DNA of 64,000 bases from a virus (Duplodnaviria > Caudoviricetes): the IMG/VR virus record IMGVR_UViG_3300021399_000098; one strand, given 5' to 3'. Positions 22,501 to 30,491 of the stretch are shown piece by piece. Each line of letters opens with the position of its first letter. The first letter of the stretch is position 1. Made by a program: the position numbers and the translations under genes. The notes beneath the pieces were generated by a model that searched no databases, was not told where the DNA came from, and saw only the letters and a list, made by a program, of their open reading frames with translations.

Positions 22501-25500
22501 TGGCATATTGTTTAACGTTGCAGTGAAATTCTCTCCGTTTTGTATGTTTACAATTTCAGATGAAGTATTTTCAACAACTAAACTGCCGTTACAATATTCA
22601 GTCAACGTCAACAAGAACCTGTTAGGCTGATAAACATAAAACTCTATGACTTTTTCACTTTCCTTATAAGCAATCCAGTAAGGCTTTGTAGTTCCACTAA
22701 TAAACATGTTTTCATTGTTAGGAACTCCATTCGCATTGTCGCACATACATTTGTTAGTGGTTGTTTCTCCACTATCTTGTTTGTAAACGTTCAATGTAAG
22801 CGATACTTTAACCTCTGTGTTAAAATCTTCAGAAATACAATAGACATCTAATGTATACTTACCATTAGCATAGTTTATATTTTCAATTGGTAAGCCACCA
22901 GACAATCGTGCTATTTCGCACTTATGGCCATCAACGATAATATCCTTCAACTTAATTATACCGTAAAATTTGTTGTCATCATGGCATATATAGTCAATCC
23001 TAGTAGTATTGATGTCATAAAACTTAGTACCTAGTCTTACACTTTCGTATTCGCCAACTATTTTAGGAACATCCAACTTTATCTTCTCAGACAGCATCTT
23101 ACCATTGTTATCAATGACCTCTAGAATGTACTCTTGGTTCGTCAAGCCGCTTGTTCTACCTGATGTATCTTTGCCATATGGGAAATCAACTATCTCATAA
23201 TATGACATTTCATGCGTGTCTGGGTTTTCAACCTCATCGTATTGTTTTCCTTCTTCCTTCTTATCTACAGGAATTTGATATTTTACATATGGATTTGAAA
23301 TAACATCACCAGATGCATTTATTGTACCACCAATTACAAACTGAGAATAAGTCATGTCTGTTTCTTCGATGATAATATCACCGAATGAATCATACAACTT
23401 GTATGTATAAGGTGCTCTGATGTCATCCAACGTGACTTTGATGTAGCCATATCCGTCAGTATCTTTATATATGGAAGGGCAATATGACCTACCCCTCTTG
23501 TCTAGGTCTAATGTAAACGGCTTTTTGTCTTGTTTATAACAAACGGCATAGAACATCTGATTGAACTTATCAATAGCTGTGCTACCCTTCTTTATACCGA
23601 AATAGAAATAGAAAGAGTTATTGTACAAAGGCATGTCATAGTTACCATTATCATGGTAAAAATGCCTTATCCTCAATTCTGAATTGTCTGTCATAGAACG
23701 TCCACTTTCTGCGCCAAGCCTGAATGTTAGATATGCTTGGTCTGCCTCATCATAGAGTGCTTGTTGGAAACTGTTTCTATACAAATCCATAGGAACTTTA
23801 AGTCTTCCATCAAAATCTACAGGATATATGTATTTAAACTTAGGAATCAAATAACTAGTATTTTCATCAGGTATTTGTGTGGTGCATCCACTCGTTAGAG
23901 AGTCTTGATAAGACTGAGGTATGAATCCTATGTGGTTCAATGTTGCAAACATAGCCCTGTTTTCAGTGTCATCAAGTTCAAGTTTGTTTATGAAACCGTC
24001 TGAATCGAACTGTCCATATTTAACATCATTTCCACCACTATGGTATGCCATGTTGTATGTCATATCAAGATTTACACCATACTCACTAAGTCTTTCAACG
24101 TTGATGCATGACTTAGGTCTAGTAGCAGCATAGGTACAAGACAAGTCCATAAACAAACCAGTCTTGTATTTTGGAGTTTGCTTATTTCCATTGTGACCCC
24201 AATCCATACCAGTGGTGATTGTTGTACCACTGTCTTCAGAATCTCCACCAATGTCCTTAGAAGACTTCTTTTCCTCTTCTTCAGGATTTATCGTCTCTTC
24301 TATAGTAGCAATTGCAGGAATATTAGCTGTGGTTGAAGGTAAACAAGTAAAGAATTGAGGAATACCATATATGTTGTTAGGGTCTAAGTTACCCAACAAT
24401 ATTATATCTGTGGCATATAGTCTAACTGCATGAAAATTTGGATTAACCATTTCCATTTCTAAGTCAGGATTCTTATTCGTGCTATCATCAACAGCTTGTG
24501 TTGCCACATAATAATATGCTGTCAATCCGTCTTTGTTCTCAACTGCCTTTATTAGACCCCTCTTATATCTAACTTGTCCAGTCTTGTTCTTGTGCCATCT
24601 GTTTTCACTATCTGGCATTGAACTATTAGTAGCCGTTAAACTATTGTCTTCATATTCTATGTTACATGTGACGTAAGTCTTTAATCTAGAGTAAGTTTTG
24701 CCACATGAACAATACTCATTTTTAGCTCTGCTTGAGAATAAGCCGAACAAGAATGTCTTCTTTTTCCTCTTCCTCCAATACCAAAGTGGCATGTATAGGC
24801 AACCATTCAACCAATCTTGGTAGAAGTCTAGCTTGATGATTTTGAAATCTAGGGCTAAGTTTCTCTGAATGATGTCTGTAAGTGTGGAGTTGTCATTGAC
24901 TCTTTTACAATCACCTTCCATATCATCTGGACAATCAGCGTATTTTAAGCCAGTGCTTTTACACCAACATCCTGGATAATATGCAACATTACCTTCACTA
25001 AGTCCTGCTGAAAGAGGTATACAACCGATGAAATCAGGTACTGGTAGCCATCCAAAAGGTCTGACTCTCCATTTAAACACCTTAAAACTGAACTTTTTAA
25101 TCCTATAGAATATGTTGATAATTGAATCTATTAGACATACTAAACTATTGATGAATGCTATGATAATCATTACAATCTTAAACAATATGCAAAGTATCAT
25201 AAACGTGAATGGTATGTCAACACGAAGTTTGTTGAAAGGAACTGCATTTTGGTCTTCGGCCAAGTTAGCACCTTTCAACGAACTATAGTTCTTAGCATAT
25301 GCTCTGTGAGCAACTTGTGTCTTAGGAATGTAGTTTTTGACGCTATAAACGTTGTTCCAATACAAATCTCTGAAACAACTCTCAGGTGTTGCAGAGCCAA
25401 ACAAATACATTTTCTCTAATTCACTACCTTTAATGTCAATAGTTGGAATAACTTCCTTTTCACTAAAGATGGGATTCATAGGAACTAGGTATTTTGCTGT

Positions 25501-26598
25501 GTGTCTTGAAAAACCTTCCTCATTGGTTTCGTTTTTGCTAAACCTAAATCTAACTTGAGTCCTAGTAGGAATACCCTTTGTGGGATTGTCTGTAGGAACA
25601 ATGTTACCATATTCATCAGTGCCTATATAATCTAGGTTCATCGGAATTTGATAGCACCATACGCCATTTTCATCAATAAGCTGATTACCTTGAATCTGAT
25701 ACTCTTCAACCAATCCGTCAGTGGTCTTACGAATCATTTCAATAGTTCCATTTCCACCTATCAACTGGTCATTCATACCATTATCCACATCAGGGGCGCA
25801 TTTATGTCCGATTGAATGTCCGTCATTGTCTGACACGATAGAACCCATGAATACACATGTAGGCTCAAACTTATATTGTATTTGGATGTCACTACGAGTT
25901 ATTGCGGCAACTCCATTATCGGAATCGCCCCAGAAAGGATAAACGAATACACTCTTGTTCTGTGAGAATATCTGAGCTAGGCTATCCAAGTTGGTGCTTT
26001 CCTTGAATTGGTTAGGTGTATCAAACATCGTGATATTATAGCCTTTATACTCAAAATCACGAGGTTTCTGTGATAAAATACCTATGTCTGACAAATCGAT
26101 GTCAACATGGACTTGAACACTGCCAGTTGGTACACCAAAAATCATATAGTCACCTGCTTGGTTGGTTACGGTTGTGTATTTCCAATATTTGTCAAACACA
26201 TCTAGATAGATGTCATTATCTAGAACTAACCTTTTGTTTGGGAACGTTCCAACAACCTTATAGCAGTCATCATCGCTCTCATCAGGAAGCAAGTTATACC
26301 TTCTTCCCAACTTATCCTTAGTCGTTATTTCAGTATATGGGTATATTGATTCAATGTCACTAGAGTCGTTTGTATCCCTTTCAATAAACACAGACACCTT
26401 TGCGTTAGGAATACCAAATGCATCATTAGCAAGAACCCTTCCAATTATAACACCATAATTAGAAGAGTGAAGCCTATAAGCATCTTTCTGTCTAAGTTTC
26501 AACGACAAGACCTCTAGAAAATCAAAGTCTTGCTGCATGTTTACGTTAAGGACAGTATCACTAGCTATGTTTGTATGTACTCTAAAATTCTTATTCAT
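19549..26598 (-). CDS. Giant putative tail/baseplate protein (2349 aa) with an N-terminal prealbumin/carboxypeptidase-regulatory-like segment and an internal hydrophobic helix
   Basis: GRVLANDAFGIPNAKVSVF...TVTNQAGDYMIFGVPTG; hydrophobic stretch FTFMILCILFKIVMIIIAFINSLVCLIDSIINIF; Cys-rich region following. Confidence 0.55.
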   Translation of the reverse strand: MNKNFRVHTNIASDTVLNVNMQQDFDFLEVLSLKLRQKDAYRLHSSNYGVIIGRVLANDAFGIPNAKVSVFIERDTNDSSDIESIYPYTEITTKDKLGRRYNLLPDESDDDCYKVVGTFPNKRLVLDNDIYLDVFDKYWKYTTVTNQAGDYMIFGVPTGSVQVHVDIDLSDIGILSQKPRDFEYKGYNITMFDTPNQFKESTNLDSLAQIFSQNKSVFVYPFWGDSDNGVAAITRSDIQIQYKFEPTCVFMGSIVSDNDGHSIGHKCAPDVDNGMNDQLIGGNGTIEMIRKTTDGLVEEYQIQGNQLIDENGVWCYQIPMNLDYIGTDEYGNIVPTDNPTKGIPTRTQVRFRFSKNETNEEGFSRHTAKYLVPMNPIFSEKEVIPTIDIKGSELEKMYLFGSATPESCFRDLYWNNVYSVKNYIPKTQVAHRAYAKNYSSLKGANLAEDQNAVPFNKLRVDIPFTFMILCILFKIVMIIIAFINSLVCLIDSIINIFYRIKKFSFKVFKWRVRPFGWLPVPDFIGCIPLSAGLSEGNVAYYPGCWCKSTGLKYADCPDDMEGDCKRVNDNSTLTDIIQRNLALDFKIIKLDFYQDWLNGCLYMPLWYWRKRKKKTFLFGLFSSRAKNEYCSCGKTYSRLKTYVTCNIEYEDNSLTATNSSMPDSENRWHKNKTGQVRYKRGLIKAVENKDGLTAYYYVATQAVDDSTNKNPDLEMEMVNPNFHAVRLYATDIILLGNLDPNNIYGIPQFFTCLPSTTANIPAIATIEETINPEEEEKKSSKDIGGDSEDSGTTITTGMDWGHNGNKQTPKYKTGLFMDLSCTYAATRPKSCINVERLSEYGVNLDMTYNMAYHSGGNDVKYGQFDSDGFINKLELDDTENRAMFATLNHIGFIPQSYQDSLTSGCTTQIPDENTSYLIPKFKYIYPVDFDGRLKVPMDLYRNSFQQALYDEADQAYLTFRLGAESGRSMTDNSELRIRHFYHDNGNYDMPLYNNSFYFYFGIKKGSTAIDKFNQMFYAVCYKQDKKPFTLDLDKRGRSYCPSIYKDTDGYGYIKVTLDDIRAPYTYKLYDSFGDIIIEETDMTYSQFVIGGTINASGDVISNPYVKYQIPVDKKEEGKQYDEVENPDTHEMSYYEIVDFPYGKDTSGRTSGLTNQEYILEVIDNNGKMLSEKIKLDVPKIVGEYESVRLGTKFYDINTTRIDYICHDDNKFYGIIKLKDIIVDGHKCEIARLSGGLPIENINYANGKYTLDVYCISEDFNTEVKVSLTLNVYKQDSGETTTNKCMCDNANGVPNNENMFISGTTKPYWIAYKESEKVIEFYVYQPNRFLLTLTEYCNGSLVVENTSSEIVNIQNGENFTATLNNMPVKFMLGTLNDSSAATIANNNSKLYKSTPFDAANDMNSYGWYGLHQESSYKFDTTIEKNQEIWEDAISTITDSVTTPEIRRNILKFKFNSMFNLCEGAYVTKDSSLTFTYRANGGVSPLLYRSAAPMYDDSTKIKNKYLLTDSWQTDGNEYAPNIITSNYKKRISDGEYDFQADAGPRYNNVVYEADTSHLLGNYFAAFTHNGSYISNTQIDGININITRVPSFASVSPMNGVKRLGQDKEGKITDFSWVYSAQTQQLDNDKLRRTLPYVRALYVDRRFDYDLIVLAPSVNNNNISLHIDKGKDRIWRGGRLSGTTYNGIEMAYDENYNIISGDPHFDEALGKYTYANSNNRLEYSYKYDSDTGSNATTIYNYETNPTKTVWNSENSVKYLGNSFGYNAGIDVTSRTITKQFYTSELYDFDIRHLYWSDFNQNRLTTYCTNGGGGQQISGSGENAIKNLNNPFYVYKYPSEIPSLYNKDFNRENAYITPNSTGYPSRRYLDIGNLPQTPTFSYLTQCCSYGIKASNEDDGTIIAEANGGESTEISIEFGKAITFIPPNADTKKYANVSYNMGTLNGGFIHFSASTASVNFKFESFSNDYFDVYTKVPKLIKVLPYIKPSNDNGIDGIGYIKTANPRTEFGKWGDGKSLDAAIEDVELLTFDRPTWTIFSILDSDLDQTVVLPEGVKIVDNYENKEKGFYGADKLLGKFFKEDDELGEYILSDDDVFTNIVFQKENLNIRETKAFTILVDREYVYQDSDNLKRHIRSIETTDIYDCRDLFLGTLIAFPENGELASYVTATSAATEVYPPEVITGVTSDSEDIPTGDPSDPSSTEVVTGITPSSGETSGNTKICTQVITFQFKFDTNSGTSIQDRQCEAFADYKMMSYTFKFKIKYDYYELVPFDITQYIQGDDTYIRYSIRWTEDMGIFADYGGSIDCEIYAKTKSNFSYRIINFKINYVSQDHLPKDTMATDGTKYKTEISISL

Positions 26599-26601
26599 GA
26601 A

Positions 26602-26838
26602 TTATTCAAGAAATTTTTGTAACTGTTTAGGTAGAACTATCGTTCTGTTTTTCGAAAAAAACAATTTGTATATCACCACGCAAATCAATATTGGAGTGAC
26701 AACTATTGCCATTAAAACTGAAATGACGAATATGATGGTTTTCATTAACCACCTGAACACTTTTCCGAAGAAAGACTCACCTTCCCTAGTTCCTAATTTG
26801 TCTTCAATTTCAGTAGCCCTTTTGCAATTACATGCCAT
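26602..26838 (-). CDS. Small membrane protein (78 aa)
   Basis: MACNCK N-terminus; long hydrophobic segment IIFVISVLMAIVVTPILICVVIY. Confidence 0.65.
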   Translation of the reverse strand: MACNCKRATEIEDKLGTREGESFFGKVFRWLMKTIIFVISVLMAIVVTPILICVVIYKLFFSKNRTIVLPKQLQKFLE

Positions 26839-26855
26839 AACACTATATTATATAT

Positions 26856-28868
26856 TTAAATTATTTTACACTTTACTTGAATGTCGATTTTTGGGTTTTT
26901 AATTTCATACATCGAATTATAATCACCGTACAAAACCTTGTCCACAGCCATTAAGTCTATTTGCTCAGAATTAGCCATGTCAGGTGTATTGAAATCATCA
27001 GTATATCTTTCGCAAACTCCTTCAACATATGTTGGTAATGGACATTTATCTGGTGAATAAGCACCATTCCAAATCTTGTATACCCTCAAATCAATTAAAC
27101 TCGTAACACCATCAGTTAATGTGATTTCTTTCTCCAAATCGCCAATGAAAATATCATCACCCATTTGGTGAGTATTTACGTCAAAATACTTTACAATCGT
27201 CTCTATCACGTCTGTAATGACGTTGCTAGGGTTATAACTCTTATTGATGAATAAATCAACTCCTAGACCAATATTGTAAATTCTACCACTCCTAATTTCT
27301 ATGTAGTCGTTTATCTGCTTGTAGTTCGACATATATTCTATCACGTTTTCTACAAGTGTCTGCGGAAGAGAAGAATCCAACTGGCCAATTGCGTTAATAC
27401 CCAAGAAATCCATTTCAATCTTGTTGTTGGACTCAATTACGCAGTTTCTAAACGGTGCTCCAAACCTAGGAGGCATTTGCATAAGCTTGGTTGCATAGTC
27501 CTTTACAGTTACAGCACGATTTTGTGCGCCAAAATTATACTTCATCAATTGCTTTATTTCGTCTGTAGAAGGGGCATCTTTACCTGCTAATGCAGTAGAT
27601 AAGTTAGCCACTGACAGTGATGTGATTACCTTACCCCTAAGAGTACCATCGGTACTACCAGTGTTTCCACCCCAATCAACATTTGCAATGGTGAAACGGT
27701 TTATAGAACCAGGACCTAAGTTCGATGACATACCGCCACCTATTCTATATAGGACAAACATAGTCCAACCTTCTTTAGGTAGTACACCCAACATATTGTT
27801 GTTTATTAAATTGGATGCCATGTAATCACCGTATACTGTCTGTCCGCTTGGAACTGCTTCATAGGTATTACCTGCACCAAATATAATCTTCATGTAGCCA
27901 TTGTCAGTATATTCAGTTATAAATTTCTGTCTTAATGGCTTCCATTTTCCACGATAGTACCTACTTGTCCTTGCTGTGATGGTTTCACCGCTTCCGTCTT
28001 TCCTTATAACTTCAGTATAATCATTGTAAAGGTGCGGATTGTACATGTTAACCACATAGTTTTCGCCTATATTAGCCTCAGAACCAAACCTATACATATC
28101 AGCTAGAGAATCACACTCAAAGAACCTATATGTCATAACAGCCTCATTGGAAATCCTATACTCTTCGGCATCAATGTAATACTCATATATGTTAGGGGCT
28201 GCGGAATAGTTGCTAGTTTCCTTGAATATGATTGATTCAATATTTTCAACATTAGACTCTGGTAAAACAACCTCCATGAATGGTTTCAAATCACTATTGT
28301 ATATAACCTTTTTATATATCTTGGTGACACCATTTATGACAACTGAAGACTTATATACATTATAACCTGTAATGTTTCCATTTCCATCCCTTGACGGTGT
28401 AATCTTTCTGTTGGAAAAACCATTTGAATTGAACTGTTCTGCAAAATTCACATCTTCAGTCAATTGATAGTTGTAGTCTCCTGCGGAAACGATACTAGTT
28501 CTCTGAACAATCGGAGCATAATTCCAATCAGGTTGGTTTATATTCGTACTGTCAGTAGGCAAAACACAGCCTATTTCAACCTCACAAATTGAAGACTTCA
28601 TTCCAGGAATCTTCAAACCATTGGCTCTAGCTTGGTTCAGCACACTGCTCTTTAGGTTAGCACTGTCAATATTTGTCTCTTGATACATCCTATCCGTGTG
28701 GTATGACAAGTCATCACCAACTGCGGCTACAAGGTCAATAAACCATGCGCCAACGCTAGAATCACTAAAATTATCAGAAAGTTCAGGATAATATTGGTTT
28801 GAAAACTTTATCAACTCGTCTTTAATATCCTCAAAACTCCTACTTAAGTAATTAATTTTCTTTTCCAT
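26856..28868 (-). CDS. Baseplate wedge protein (T4 gp6 / BaseplateJ-like)
   Basis: INYLSRSFEDIKDEL...FIDLVAAVGDDLSY; IIFGAG; GAQNRAVTVKDY; adjacent to a gp25-like gene. Confidence 0.85.
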   Translation of the reverse strand: MEKKINYLSRSFEDIKDELIKFSNQYYPELSDNFSDSSVGAWFIDLVAAVGDDLSYHTDRMYQETNIDSANLKSSVLNQARANGLKIPGMKSSICEVEIGCVLPTDSTNINQPDWNYAPIVQRTSIVSAGDYNYQLTEDVNFAEQFNSNGFSNRKITPSRDGNGNITGYNVYKSSVVINGVTKIYKKVIYNSDLKPFMEVVLPESNVENIESIIFKETSNYSAAPNIYEYYIDAEEYRISNEAVMTYRFFECDSLADMYRFGSEANIGENYVVNMYNPHLYNDYTEVIRKDGSGETITARTSRYYRGKWKPLRQKFITEYTDNGYMKIIFGAGNTYEAVPSGQTVYGDYMASNLINNNMLGVLPKEGWTMFVLYRIGGGMSSNLGPGSINRFTIANVDWGGNTGSTDGTLRGKVITSLSVANLSTALAGKDAPSTDEIKQLMKYNFGAQNRAVTVKDYATKLMQMPPRFGAPFRNCVIESNNKIEMDFLGINAIGQLDSSLPQTLVENVIEYMSNYKQINDYIEIRSGRIYNIGLGVDLFINKSYNPSNVITDVIETIVKYFDVNTHQMGDDIFIGDLEKEITLTDGVTSLIDLRVYKIWNGAYSPDKCPLPTYVEGVCERYTDDFNTPDMANSEQIDLMAVDKVLYGDYNSMYEIKNPKIDIQVKCKII

Positions 28869-29257
28869 TACACTTGTACGACTACGCTATCATTTGTTAT
28901 TTTGTTACCCTCAGAAACACTATAGTCTAACTTTACAAATATTTCTGATTCGTCTTCTTCGTTTTTTACAACTTGAATGTCATTTATTATTATGTTGTCA
29001 GTCCACCTTCTGACAGACTCACTCACTTCGTTCTTCACGGATTCCCACGTAATATTATCGTTTGGCTCAAAAATGAACTTAATCAAATCTGTTCCAAACT
29101 CAGGATTCCTTATTCTCTGTCCTTTAGGAGTAAATATGATATGCATAAGCTGGCTTCTAGTTTTTTCCTTTAAATTGCTATTTGCATCCACATAGAAATT
29201 CTGAAACCCCTCAGACGTAAATGGGTATTTAATGCCGAAATATTGTTTCTTTGCCAT
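28868..29257 (-). CDS. Baseplate wedge protein, gp25/GPW family
   Basis: IIFTPKGQRIRNPEFGTDLIKFIFEP is the gp25 signature. Confidence 0.9.
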   Translation of the reverse strand: MAKKQYFGIKYPFTSEGFQNFYVDANSNLKEKTRSQLMHIIFTPKGQRIRNPEFGTDLIKFIFEPNDNITWESVKNEVSESVRRWTDNIIINDIQVVKNEEDESEIFVKLDYSVSEGNKITNDSVVVQV

Positions 29258-29316
29258 TAGTTAAAATTATTTCTTATAAGTATTTAAAAAATAATAATTT
29301 TAACGATAATATAAAC

Positions 29317-29346
29317 AAAAAAAGCGAGAGCATTAAGCCCTCGCTT
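29317..29346 (-). terminator. Rho-independent terminator after the 110-aa gene
   Basis: Minus strand AAGCGAGGGC-TTAAT-GCTCTCGCTT followed by a T-run. Confidence 0.8.
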
Positions 29347-29369
29347 CAAATAATCTAATTACCACCTAT

Positions 29370-29702
29370 TTACTTGCAAATCTTTGAATGTATGAATTCA
29401 ACCAATTTATCTGGTGCTTCATTAATAAAGATGTTACACCAAGTACCATAAGCGTTTTTCATGTTAATTCGCACCTTATCTTCATCGGTTACAGAATCAA
29501 ATGAAGGTGTGTCACTAGTTAATGATACACATTCGACATCAACTATATCCACTTCATTCTTAAAGGAATACTCATCATTGATGTTTATTCTCTTCGTGTA
29601 CACTTTATCCTCCATAGGATTTACGCCAAGTATATCTGCTTTTGACGATTCTACGCCATCACTTATAATGGCATCTAAAATTTCTTTCTTGATGTTGCTC
29701 AT
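29370..29702 (-). CDS. Hypothetical protein (110 aa)
   Basis: ORF bracketed by its own promoter and terminator. Confidence 0.75.
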   Translation of the reverse strand: MSNIKKEILDAIISDGVESSKADILGVNPMEDKVYTKRININDEYSFKNEVDIVDVECVSLTSDTPSFDSVTDEDKVRINMKNAYGTWCNIFINEAPDKLVEFIHSKICK

Positions 29703-29725
29703 TTTGCTTCTTGTTTAATTCCTTG

Positions 29726-29756
29726 CAAATATACGAATAAAAAATGGGATAACAAA
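29726..29756 (-). promoter_or_regulatory. Bacteroidota-type promoter
   Basis: Minus strand TTTG-N19-TATATTTG. Confidence 0.75.
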
Positions 29757-29781
29757 ATGTTACCCCAAATTTTAACATCTT

Positions 29782-30243
29782 TTATTTCTTTTTCCAAAAC
29801 AAAAAAGTATTGTCTTCCATTTCGTCATCTTTTATAACGTAAAACCTCTGATTTGTGGTTTCCTTATCCAAACCGCCCAAGTCTTCTTTATACTCTCCAA
29901 GTTTAATAAAATCAAAGTTCTTTAAAGAAATGTCCTTAGATAACTCGTTTCTACCACTGTACCACCCCACTTTTAACTTTTTAAAACGCTTTAAATAAAA
30001 TGCATATATATTGATAAAATTGGGTTCTCTGTCACCACCCATAAAACAAACACACGTTATACCACTGTTTTTCTCAAGCAAACTGTTAAGTTCCTTTGCC
30101 GTTAATTCTGTTCCTTTATCTTCCCATAAAAACTGTGAATGACATCCCTTACAATGGCAAGGGCAATTTGTAATGTTAATCGCTAAAGTAATCTCATTTG
30201 GTATCTCTTCAAATACCACCATTGCATTATAGTATTTAATCAT
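29782..30243 (-). CDS. nrdG: Anaerobic ribonucleotide reductase activase
   Basis: Radical SAM motif CPCHCKGCHS; FMGGD; downstream of nrdD. Confidence 0.92.
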   Translation of the reverse strand: MIKYYNAMVVFEEIPNEITLAINITNCPCHCKGCHSQFLWEDKGTELTAKELNSLLEKNSGITCVCFMGGDREPNFINIYAFYLKRFKKLKVGWYSGRNELSKDISLKNFDFIKLGEYKEDLGGLDKETTNQRFYVIKDDEMEDNTFLFWKKK

Positions 30244-30454
30244 CTTTTAAATATTTTACATAAAGCCCACATTCGCATTTATTTTTCATCGTGTAGTCAG
30301 TGCAAGGGCAATGCAAATCTTTGCCCTCATAGTCCTCAGAATTGTGCACACAAGGGCATAAGCCATCGTTATTCTCACACCTCTTGAGTATTGCATTGAC
30401 AACTTTGTCATTTGGGTTTAAAGTCCACCCATCTTTGCGCAATATTGAAATCAT
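30236..30454 (-). CDS. Ferredoxin-thioredoxin reductase catalytic-subunit-like Fe-S protein
   Basis: LNPN...GLCPC...HCPC...CECGLY, matching the FTR CPC/CPC/CHC pattern (CEC here). Confidence 0.75.
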   Translation of the reverse strand: MISILRKDGWTLNPNDKVVNAILKRCENNDGLCPCVHNSEDYEGKDLHCPCTDYTMKNKCECGLYVKYLKDD

Positions 30455-30491
30455 GCCCCTAAATCTTTTAGTTTCATTATGTAATTAAAAA

